The notes under the pieces: generated by a model
What the model was told of the DNA's origin: nothing
Database searches by the model: none
The model's input: the letters and a program-made list of their open reading frames with translations, nothing else
Part shown: positions 39,776 to 51,200 of the stretch, piece after piece
Position numbering within the stretch: the stretch's first letter is position 1
How the letters are laid out: the number at the start of each line of letters is the position of its first letter
Assembly (NCBI GenBank): GCA_010909165.1
Contig: MU008170.1
Span: forward strand, 1,690,772-1,754,771
Reading direction: 5' to 3'
From: Anthoceros angustus
Taxonomy: Eukaryota; Plantae; Anthocerotophyta
DNA length: 64,000 bases
Program-made: the position numbers and the translations under genes

Positions 39776-39890
39776 CTCTGCAGCAGCAGGCTTTCCCTTC
39801 TACAACCTCTTTCTCCCAACTAGAGTTTCCGCTGGTGGAATAGCGCCTCCGCAGCAGCCTCCGACTCCCACAAGCATCTTTCAAAGGGGA
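39776..39890 (-). pseudogene. Short MetRS linker fragment, unit 2
   Basis: Homologous to 25725-25850. Confidence 0.55.
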
Positions 39891-40086
39891 TAAGAGCCCT
39901 TGCAACCTAGTCGAACATTGTCCAACTCCGCTCTTGTCGTTTCAGTCTTGTACTCCTATCCATGCCTCATCAGATGGACCATAAAAAAGCAAGACACTTC
40001 GCGATCTGAAAAACAAAACAGTGCCAAGGCAGTCACAGCTGTATACCTCGACGAGGATGCTACCGAATTGTATGCATCATCGTGTG

Positions 40087-42913
40087 CTACAGTCCTTTCA
40101 GGATTGAAAGAACCTTTTCAGTGGCTCCGTCCTTCAAGAGGACACCCCTCTCCTTCAGCAGCGTGATCTGCTCCTCATACAACTCCTCCTCTGATCGCAA
40201 TACCGTGAGAAGCACATTTTGTAGGGTGATGTTGGAACAGATGGCAAATTCCTCCTTCATACGCTGAAGCTTCTCAAGGTCCAATTCTTTCCAAACCTTT
40301 GCAACCCTTGTACCTTGCAGGTGGGAATCCATATGGTTCACCAAAAGCATCTGCTTCGCAGCCGGGCACACTTTCTTCTTATCAATCGTTTGGCCAAGCT
40401 CATGGTCCTGTTTCTGCACGTCTCCCTTGAACATCGCCATGACGAAGCAAAAGCACCTGCTCCAAGCACGCCAGCCAAAAATCCTCGCCGCGATGTGGGT
40501 TGATGTGTCCACACAGCAGTGACTTGTGTGACCGCTGGAAAGTGGCAGGTCACACCTGTAGACTTGCATACTTGCCGTGTGTTCGATTAGAGTGAGCTTT
40601 CTCTGATTATGCATTCACCTCCGCCACACTTGCTCAACATGCATTGCACAAGAGTGGTCTTGCCCACATTCTCCTCCCCAACCAGAAGAATTACTTTATA
40701 GAAAATGCGGAGTTTCTCATCTCGCAAATGTCATGTATCACGGCTCGGTCCACAAACCGTAGCCGTGACTCTTGCTCTAGTCCGTCTTCTGCGGTTTGAT
40801 GGAATCCGTGTTCCGGGAGCTTGGAGGTCGATTTGTTCATGCTTAGTTTCAAAACATCCGAGTGGTCCTTATAATCGTCCTCTCCATCAATCCATCGCTA
40901 CTCATCTCGCTCATTCCGAGCACCAACCAGCCTTGAGAAAGTCTTCATCATACTTTCCCGTTTACTCGTCCTCTAGTATAATTTGTTTCGGTTCCATCGA
41001 CGCACTATGACAAAGGCCGTACTAAAGCTGGATTGCTACCATTCCTCCTCGCTAATCGCTAGTACGCCACTACCGCTCGCAATTGTTGAAAGCTACACAC
41101 TAGTGTCGAAATTGCACTGCGACTCTTGCGGGTCTCGGTTTACGATCAAACAGATGCTCAATCGACCGATTTTCATCAATCCCTCATCATTTGTGAAATA
41201 TGTCTTCTCTATTTCTACGAAGGAGCATGTCGCCAGTGATAACTTCTGCCAGAGAGTCGAGACTCCCGCAAGTCATCCACGATGAGGTTGCTGATTGGTC
41301 GACACCTCGCCAAACTTCGCAAGGTGAATTTGAAAGGTATTTGTGTGCGTGAGGAAAGGTTGTGCCGGTGGGAGGTCTAAACTGTAGCAACAACCGGCTC
41401 CATGGTCACTGCAGTTGAAGCACGTGTCGAGGCGAATTTGCAAAGGCGGAAATACGCTCACCCACAAGGCTATCCTCATAATCTTCACCCAATGGTTTGA
41501 AGGTGTTGTCGCTTTGTTATGCAAAAGCGATCTCCAGTTGGATTGTCTTATCGTGAGACAATCCTTTTCGGCGTCCATGCCTTTTATGTCAGCTGAAAGG
41601 CATAAATCACATGTAGCTTTGGTCGCATCTGCGATCCTTTTCACCTCTGCGTACCATTTCACAGGAACGTCCTTAACCCTCGCCTCTCGAAACAAGAGCT
41701 CCAGATGTTCTCCCGTCACGGACACAATAATCTTCTTCTGATCTGCACTGAGTCTGCGAGACACCCCAAGCATCTTAGGCAGAGGTCCGAGTTCAACTAG
41801 AGGTGGATCAACATGACCAGGATCAGGGCCAACTACGGTTGGTTGCCCGCTGGACCACTTGAGGATTTTCTCCAAGTAGACCGCCATTTTGTGAGACTTT
41901 ATGTGCGCCTCTGTGATTTCGCCCTGCAGCTCCTCCCCGGCTTCGTCCAGCCGGCGCTAGGTAGAAATTATCGGACTTCTCCAGCCCCATGGGAACATAC
42001 CATGCGTTACGTTGTGTGTGCTCACGCTTCACCTCCAAGCTGCAACTAGTGTGGTGATGTAGCCTGCGGCCTTGAACAACATCTCTTCGGGCGAAATCCC
42101 TCGCCCCACCCAATCACACAGGAGATAGGCGGCCACGTACAGGAACAGGTACTTTACATTTTCCTCCACGTCCTGTAAAAGATCATCGAATTTCTGGGGG
42201 GGCCTCACTTGATCGAAAATGGCCTTCACCTGCTCCGCCACCAGTCTTGTGGCATTGCAAACCGATCGGGGCAGGTTGTTGAAGAGTCTGGGAACAGGGT
42301 CCTCTGGTGTCACAATGTTGAAGAGCCTATCCTCGATGCCATTCTTTCTCGTAGTCTTGCCTCCGCCAATGTGGGAGCCCCAAACCCGATTGCGATAGCC
42401 CGAACTTGTCTAGTATCAAGTGTCCGGAGAAAAGTGGCCACCCTGTACTTGATAAGAACCGGATGCAACGCGCCTCCCAAGCTATGCCCATGAACACCAC
42501 TTTTGTGGGGACGCCGTAACATGGGTGTTCGGACTGAAGAGGTCGTGGAGGAGGAGCACCGAAAGACGGCCACCCAAGAGCCGAAGCCTCGATGGAAGAG
42601 GCCATCTGGACCCGCCCACGCACGAGCTCATTGTTGTTCGTCAGCTCGCACACCGGTGTCGATCAGACGTGCCGCTCTTGGTGCCGAGGATGTAGAGTGT
42701 GCCATCCGCCCCTCGGCACACACCATCTTCGACTCCACGCCCCTCGGCCGTGGTGTGGACGAACTCGAAAGGTGGTCCGAGCTGGGACCTTCGCACCTCC
42801 GCCTGAAGTTGAGCTTGGTCATCGAAGTAGACGATGCGGCTGAGAAAGGCAGCTCGCTCTACGCAGGCCACTGACGGCTGGAAGCTTCCTGCATTGCCCT
42901 CGACCGTCGCCAT
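40087..42913 (-). pseudogene. Class-3 lipase / P-loop GTPase fusion gene, copy B (~940 codons, frameshifted as assembled, no obvious introns)
   Basis: ATG at 42913; GHSLGG at 42472-42489; AIGFGAP; NIVTPEDPVPRL; YVPMG; KVILLVGEENVGKTTLV (G1 at 40656-40679); LLVNHMD (G4-like); stop at 40087. Confidence 0.75.
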
Positions 42914-43030
42914 GGGCCAACAATGTCCTTCACTCTGTCAACTCAACTGTTAGGAAAAGAGGTGAGACTTTATAAAGAGATGAGACTTCTGAGAGGCAGA
43001 ACACTCCCATACACTACGAGTAGGGCTTGA

Positions 43031-44320
43031 TGTAGTCCTAGCCTTGAACCCCATCGATCAACACGAAACCACTTGCACACACCGCATCCCACTAATTGGT
43101 GGGCTTGGCCTTATAGTCCTAGCCTTGGATCCTCGGTCACTTGACCTTGAATCCTATTGGTTACTTGACCGAGTCCTATTGGTTACTTGACCTTGAGTCT
43201 AATAGCACTTTGACCTTGAGTCCTATTGGTCACTTGACCTTGAATCCTCCTAGTAACTTCACTTGCCCTTTACTTTTGGACTTTCTAGAAGATACGTTTT
43301 TGGACTTTCTAAAAGATTCTCTGTAGAAGATTCGTGACTTTCAAGTTTGTTATTTTTAGTGACTGTGGACGGGGTTGTTAATTTTAGTGACTGTGGACCC
43401 CGGGTCCGTCGACTTGGACTTTCTACAAGATACTTTGTTGGACTTTTAAAAGGTACTTTGTAGAAGATGTGACTTTCAAGTTTGTTATTTTTAGTGATTG
43501 TGGACGGGGTCCATCGACTTTTTGGACTTTCTAGAAGATACTTTTTGGACCTTCTAAAAGATTCTTTGTAGAAGATGCGTGACTTTCAAGTTTGTTATTT
43601 TTAGTGATTGTGGACGAGGTCCATTGACTTTTTGGACTTTCTAGAACATACTTTTTGGACCTTCTAAAAGATTCTTTGTAGAAGATGCGTGACTTTCAAG
43701 TTTGTTATTTTTAGAGCACTTTGACTTTCAAGTTTGTTATTTTAGGGCACTCTTCATAACCTGTTTTAGAGCACTCTTCACAACCTATTTTTAGGGCACT
43801 CTTCAAATGCTACAATCCAAATCGAAGGAGATCTTATGTGAAATGAAGAAAACAAATGGCAGTTGCTTTGAGCGCGCTCGCGTATGAACCGTGATTGTGG
43901 ACGGGGTCCATCGATGGTGGTATGTACGTCCTTGGTAGGACCCTCTGCCTTCCGGGACCCTCTTCCTATCTTCTGCTTCATGTTGATGACAAGGGCTAAT
44001 TTCTCTAAAGAATGCCTCTGTTTTGGAGGAGATTGAAGACCCTCCTTCCTCCTTGGCTTGGTTGCAGGAGAGTGTCGTGATTGGTGCTCTCGTTTTCCAG
44101 GGTTTTGTGTGTGGATCCCACGCTCATGTGCTCGGAAAGCCGTGCCAGTCACTCGGACCCGCTCCTTGTGTACGAAATACATCCACGACTGGCATCTTCA
44201 GAGAATCGTTCAAACGGCACGTGAATTCAGTTGCAACGAGTTTAGATTGGAAGCAAACTCTAAACTGATGAAAGAAATACATAGGGGCTTAACCGTGGGC
44301 TGGAAATTGTTGATTTAAGG
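43031..44320. repeat. Repeat-rich non-coding TE-like segment, unit 2
   Basis: Homologous to 30086-31390. Confidence 0.6.
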
Positions 44321-45188
44321 ATGCTGTGAGGGCCTTGTTATCGAAGCTGAGCAATGGACAATTCTACTCCACTTGAGGCCAAATACATTCAGACCCCAAA
44401 GAAAGGCAAAAACGCAGACAACCACAATCATGTTCACACTGTCGTCATATCAGAGCATCCGGGACAAGTGTAAGAAGTGATCCGGAAGAAGTGACCAGTT
44501 CCAGACAGAACCTATGGGAGTCTGGGAACGTCAGAATGTGACCTGAAATAGCTCGTCTTCCAAATGGCATGGAATGCTGTCAAGAACGTTCTTCTCTGCA
44601 GTTTAAAATTCCCTGCTGCGACGTAGTTGTGGAAATTTGTGGAAACTCACGCCTTCGAGAACCTGGATGTGACAAGTTAGTTGGCGAGCATCCTGGAAAG
44701 ATTGAAATAGAGAAGGAAATTACTTATGGACGAAGGGAAGTTCATGTGCAAATGAAGCAGTGAGCGCAAAACGAGACCCACCTGGATGAGTGCGGGAACA
44801 GGGGCAGCAGTTTCAGGCCCCTGCAGGACATTCATTTCACATCCAGTTCATGCACCCTTTCCAGTCCTCTGCTGACATCAACCGCTTGGTCCCTGGAAAC
44901 CATCTCTGCATGGAAAGGGAAAATGTGACTGTCAACTCTTCTCGTGTCGTTCTTCGTAAATCAAGTAGCCATGCACCATCATCGCCATACTGGTCCTTCA
45001 CGTGCCTTGTTGAGCTTTAGAGAGGCAAGTGCTACAGGTGTACAGTTGTATCCTCGCGCTCGACATCTAGGATCGATGAATGCCTTGTATCAGATGGAAT
45101 ACGAAGATTTCTTTCCTTGAATATCGCGTCGTATTTTACGAGGGAGTGAAGGTTGTGTTCTCAACCGCACCTTTGTAACATGCTATGG

Positions 45189-46522
45189 TCTCAACGTTGT
45201 CTGTAGCATGCCAAAGATTAAGTATACTTAATGCTGGTAGGGCCACATCAAGGGAAAACGATATCCCCCAGGTATGCAAAGCATTGACTAAAGAAGCTCT
45301 TACCTCAGACGGGAAACTTTTAGCAAAAAGACACAGAAACCATTCCGTGCTGATCAGCGAGGTGTCAAAGCCAATATGATCAAAATGGGCTGCCAGCCTG
45401 TGAAAGCCACCAAGACTTCTGTGAGACACGAACTTGAGGTGCTAACTCTGCGGTCGCGTACAAACATGTGGAGTTAGACGACGCACCGTGGACATTTTTT
45501 CACAAAACTTCGTTGAAGACACGCTGCTGGACGTGACACCCTGTCAGGTTCTCCGAGTAACAATCACTGAACAGAACACTTTCCAGCAATGCGGCGAGCA
45601 TCCAGAAGGCCTGTTCCTCGGTTTTCATCACAAGGAGCAACAGTGCTGCCACATAGTTCATTCCCTGAATAGAGTAAGCAGGCTCGGCGTTATAATCCAT
45701 CCATTCCCCAAAACCTTAACAGGGCCTCGGATTCGCACAAGTTAAAGCTTTTGATACACAGGAAAGGCACTCCTACCTGGCAATAACCAATATCAGAATC
45801 TCGAAATGAGTAGGCAACGAGGACCCGACGCAATGTAGCCCTTCCTTCCTCGCTGTTCACCCAAGGATGAGATGGAAATGTCCTGGATAGATCCTACAGG
45901 ACGTCACACGCGGTAACATGTTGCCTTGCCTCAGGAGGCCTTCAAGTTAAGCAAGTTGGCAGATGGGGCCACCACGTCTACAGACATCTCCTGCTTTGGA
46001 ACGAGCTCAAATGGGAAACTTACCGGTCAATCTGGTGTGTCGCAGGGTTTGCCTATCAACCACAGCTTCAGTGAGGTCCTGGTAGTAACTATCGGGCACT
46101 GTGGATCGCTTCTTGGCAGCCCCAGACAAAGCCTGCCAAACTCGAGGTCTCAGAGACGGAGGGATGCCTTTCCAAATCAGCTTCTTCAGCTGGACAGACC
46201 TTGTTAGGTTGGATATGGAGAGATGACACAAGGTTGCCCTGCTCAGAATGAGCTGAAATTTCCGGCTGCAGATACCATCCTGCACCCTTGTTTGCCTCCA
46301 TAGCCCACCACACCCGACCCTGCTCGGCAACCTCTCCTTCACGAGATTGAAAACCACAGCATCTTCAGCTGACAGCTCGAGACAGAATCCATACATATCT
46401 ACAACTTTAACGGTGATGTTCTTCCGTGTGTGAGTCAATCCTCTGCTCTCCACTCAGGTTTCCCCAGGATAACCTCGAACCAGGGCATCCTGAGAACCTC
46501 CCAAACGCTCAAAGCCGAACAT
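45189..46522 (-). pseudogene. 3'-truncated TBC Rab-GAP copy C
   Basis: Same junction and same 2-nt deletion as copy B; MFG start at 46522. Confidence 0.88.
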
Positions 46523-48204
46523 ATTCGTGGCTGTTCCACGGGATGACGCTAGGGTTGCTGTAGGACTTCCCAAATAAATTTAGCCGCTCTTGGCTCTTCC
46601 GAATCCTCCCACCAGCGGCTCGCGTGCACGTTTTGAGACTCGCATGTCGTCTGAAGAACCCCAACTGTCTGTCTGCGCTCAGTAGACCTCGGTTACACTC
46701 CTGCTCCGATTCTCATATGTTAGATAAATATTTCGGTTACACTCCTGGTCTGATTCGCTGCTAGTATGATCCTCATGTGCTGGACATATTTCAGTCACAT
46801 TGCACGCTTCATCCCGCACTCATGCAGCTTTCAAATGACCAAGCCTCGGCAGCAAAACCACCTGACAAACATACCACAAAATCCATCAAAGAGCCGTTCC
46901 CATCCACTATCCTCACCACTACAGCAATCCTGGAAAGGCAGAACTGGCAAATCACTTCACCAAGCCAGAATGCCAGCGATTCCCTCCTGAACGGGACGAG
47001 AGGTTGCAAATGAGTCGAACCGCAAACGTACGGGTTGCCAAATTCCGACCACAGCTCGGAAGGCTGATTTCCGGCACTCTTGCGCATCAACGATCAGCAG
47101 ACCCTAAAGTCAGCAGGCACTCGAAAACACTCTAACCACGAATCACAGCAAGCGCAATGTCTGCTACGCCGCAGAGCAAGCGCTCCCGTTCGGCATCACA
47201 AAACCCCAGCAGAACACATGATGCGCCAGTTCAAATTCCGAACGAAGCAAGCCAGAAAGAAAACACGGAAACCGTACAATGCCATTCGAAAAACATGCAG
47301 CCACTCCAAAAACAGGACAGCAAGCTTGAGTCACAGCTACCGGCAAGCACAGTCCACTTCAACAAAACTCACCAGGCACAGATCGGGCACAGCGCATCCG
47401 TCCTCAAGCACACGGTCACCCCCCACGCTCCTGGAAGTCGCAGCTAGCCTGACCGAGATCCGCTCCCACGGCTCCAACGGTCTCCGTCTCCACCAACCAG
47501 CAGCGCAGGAAACAGGAACAAGCAGCGCAGCGGGGCAACAGAACCCGGCGTCTGAGAGCGGAAGCTGGCGGAAGGGCCGGGCATAACCGACAAAGCAAAG
47601 CGCCACCGATCCACGGCCCAGCCAGCCACCTTGCGGGAGCGAGCATCAAGCCCGAGGCTCAAAATCGCAGATTTTCCCCGCCCGCTGCACAAGCAAAAGC
47701 AGCAGGCGGCATTGCACCAACCAGCTGCGGGCGCGTGGGGTTTGCGACAGGGGAGGAGGCGGAGAAGCAACAGCAGAAGCAGTAGTCGTAGCAGATGTGA
47801 AGACGTAGAGCATGTGGAGGCGCTGTTGGAGGTAAGCTAACAGAGATGTGGGGCGTTGCCTTCGCACAGGCTGTTACGGCCCGACGACCACGTGCCAGGA
47901 TAACAGCACTTAGCCTTGCCAACTGGAACGAGGCTACCTGGAAGAAGAAGTCGCACGACCGTCGGCGCCGCGTTAGAGAATCCCACTGGGAGTGTGTCAC
48001 CGGCTGCCTCAGCCCGCAGCGAAATAGAAAAAGACCGCAAGTCTCCCGGTCGTGAGGGAAATGGCCCAGTGTACACTAGGGGAATGTGGAGACTTTATAA
48101 ACGGAACGAGATGGGAAATCCCAATCTACCGGAGGCGAAAAAGGGACAACCACGACGACGGGGCACCAGGTTAGAGGCGTGCCCGCACTAATATACTCTA
48201 TAAC

Positions 48205-51200
48205 GCCTAACACGGCAATTCTGTAAGGAGGTTAATATACGAACCCCTTTCGGTGTTGCAGAACCCCTTTGACGAAACCCACTCGGTACCTAAATTACGC
48301 AAAGCAATCACTGTCTCCTTACAATGGACCATTCTTGGCCCCTGAATAAGTCATGAACAACACAATTGAGGCATACACACACGAGATTACAGGCCTGGCC
48401 GTACCGGATGAAGCCATGACAAGACGTTTTAAATGTGCACATTGCAAAATGGCAAGATGGACACATGTCATAATGAAGTTGATGTCGGAATCCTAATACA
48501 TTGGAACGGTTACTCATGCGGGCTATTCGGTCTCAACGGGCCTTGAACACGCACATATGCACACAAGACCGCAAAGCGTGCTCAAGTTCTTCACTACATC
48601 AAGACACAAGGAGAAGCGCACATCGGCACCCACTCCAACAAAATCACAATGCCACCACCTCACAACCCTAGCACTGCACATGTGCAAGAGCATTATTCGT
48701 GCTCAAGTCCTTCACCGTAACATTGCACACAAGGAATGATCAAAGGGCACCTCGGCACCCACTAAAGCACCCTCACACGCCCGGACACCTCCACGGCCCG
48801 AGGCACGCACATGTCCCTAGCAGACCGTTAAGCCGGCTCAAGTTCTTCGCGGACAACATGGCGCGACTTTTGACGGCCGGCCAGGCGCGCACAATCCGTG
48901 TCGTTGTAGGAAGGTTGGTTCCCAAGGAATGATAGACTCCGTTTGCGGCGTTTGATTTCGTCTTACTTCGTCCGCTCGGTCCTACGCGCACACCTTAGTT
49001 CACGTCTAGCTACTCGCGACAAACACCGCCGCAGGCGGTATGGCCAAGCGTTTGAGACCGTTCGCGTTCGTTCCCAAGGAATGATAGACTCCGTTCTTGA
49101 CGTTCGAGGCGATTTCGTCTTACTTCGTCGCTCGGTCGCACACCTTAGTTCACGTCTAGCTACTCGCGACAAAACACGGGCCGGTGTGGCCAAGCGTTTA
49201 AGGACCGTTCGCGTCCGTTCGTTCGTCTCTCACACCTCGTCCACTCCTCTCTCACACTACACTTATCGGTCTTAAGGAAGGCGGGTTACCGTCCGGACCT
49301 CCTCCGTCGTTCCACGGGCCTCTCCGTCCGGGCGCCGCCGCCCTCCAGTCCCTCGGCTCACGTTCCGGTCCGTTCGTGGCGGGCGCGGCTGGGCGGGTCC
49401 CACCCTCCACGCACACCACAACACGTTAGGTCCGTCACGGGACCACGATCGATCCCTCGGTCTTTGTCGTGCACTTTCGGTGACTCGGGACTCACGTTAT
49501 CGGAAGACACACAAAGCAAACGGCATCAACACCAAGGAAAAGATGATTTATTAGGCGTGACCCTCTTATACTACGCCTAGGTCGGCGTCTTTATTACACC
49601 CCTATTACGGTGGCCAGCCGGTATCCTAATCGATCGCCTACCATCCTATTTCCTCCTCCTATCTCCTTCGCGGCGGTGGGGGGAAGGTCCGGTTCCGCCT
49701 TGGGATTGGTGGTCCAATCTCACGACAATTCGGCGCGCAATCGGATGATCCGCGGTGAGACCCTCCTTTCTCCCGGAATCATCGGGTTGGGCTCTGGCGT
49801 CGGCGACCGCCGTTACCACGTCATCCTCCACGGCCTTCCGTGGGTCCCCTCGGTGGGGCCACGCTGCTCCCCGCGTAAGTCGAGAGGGCTCCTCCTTCTT
49901 CCGGTCCGGACCTCGAGGTCGGTCTCGACTCGAACTGAACTCCAAGGGTCGGTTTATTTCCAGTCCGCCGGTGGGTCGGCCTCGTCTCCGGGTTCGGACC
50001 TCGGTCGAACTTATTGGTCCGATCTCCAAACTCGGACCCCTTCACGTGGACCTCGTCTTGCTAGGTCCTCCTCCTTACCCAGAACCCCTTGTCTTGGTCG
50101 GGTTGGCTCCCCGGTTGCACCCCTGGGGCCCCTCACCCCTGGATCGGGTGGTGGTGAACTTACCTTGGGGTCCATTGCGTCCGCTCCTCTTGGGGCTCCC
50201 CTCCTTGTGCCGTCGTCTCCAAGCAGGGCCCCTAGGGTCCCTGTCTTTGTCCGTGCCCTTCTTCCCCTCAGGGCCTTCCGGGGCCGTCATTGCGGAGGAG
50301 AGGCCTCTGCCGGGAGCTCGGTGTGGTAATAGGCAAAGTCCGAATCCACTTTGGATTGCCTCTTCCACGTGGGCACCGATACTCCCCGCCATAGTGCTCG
50401 GGAGGCACATTGCCCGCTTGTTGCTCCACCTCCCCGAGTTTGATAGCAGGGCTGCTTCTCATGAGGCCAGGCCCTCGGTCACCTCCCATTGTTGCTCCAC
50501 TTGCTCCAACTCCTCCGTTTGGTTCAGCGCTTGCCCGCCATAGCCGGCGTTCGACTTCCTCAATTTGGACCCGGGCTTCTTATACGCTTCAGCGCCCTCG
50601 CCTCCTTGTCCATTGCATTAACTCCGCCATCTCCGCTCCAGACGGTGCAACCTGCGGCTGCGGGCTTCACCGAGCCCTTTTCCATCTCGGCGTCACGCTC
50701 CTGTTCCATCGCCCTTCGCTCTCCGTCCGGCGCCGCCGCCCTCAGAAGTCCCTCGGCTCACGTTCCGGTCCGTTAGTTGAGTCGCGGCTACGATGCCACG
50801 GGTCCCGATCACCCACCACACACCACAACACGTTAGGTCCGTCACGGGACCACGATCGATCCCTCCGGTCCGTGCACCTCGGTGACTCGGGACTCACGTT
50901 ATCGAAGACACCCAGTGCACGCAGCAGGCATCAACACCAAGGAAAAGATGATTTATTGAGGCAGCCCTCTTATACTACGCCTAGGTCGGCGTCTTTATTA
51001 CACCCCTATTACGAGGCGGCCATCGGTATGCTAATCGGCCGCCTACCATCCTATTTCCCTCCTCCTATCGCCGGCGGTGTGGGGAAGGTCCGGGTTCCGC
51101 CTTGGGATTGGTGGTCCAATCTCCCATGCAATGCGGGCGCCCAATCGGATGATCCGGTGCCCCTCCTTTCTCCCGGAATCACATCGGGTTGGGCTCTGGC

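Larger units (their letters stand above)
18880..48205. repeat. Tandem segmental repeat: units about 18.9-32.2 kb, 32.2-45.1 kb and partial 45.1-48.2 kb
   Basis: The anchor gttgtctgtagcatg.caaagatta occurs at about 18951, 32261 and 45197. TBC, 5' region, CRE fragment, spacer, lipase-GTPase and the 24-bp repeat block recur in the same order. Unit 3 breaks off in the CRE 3' end (~48094-48205). Confidence 0.93.
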
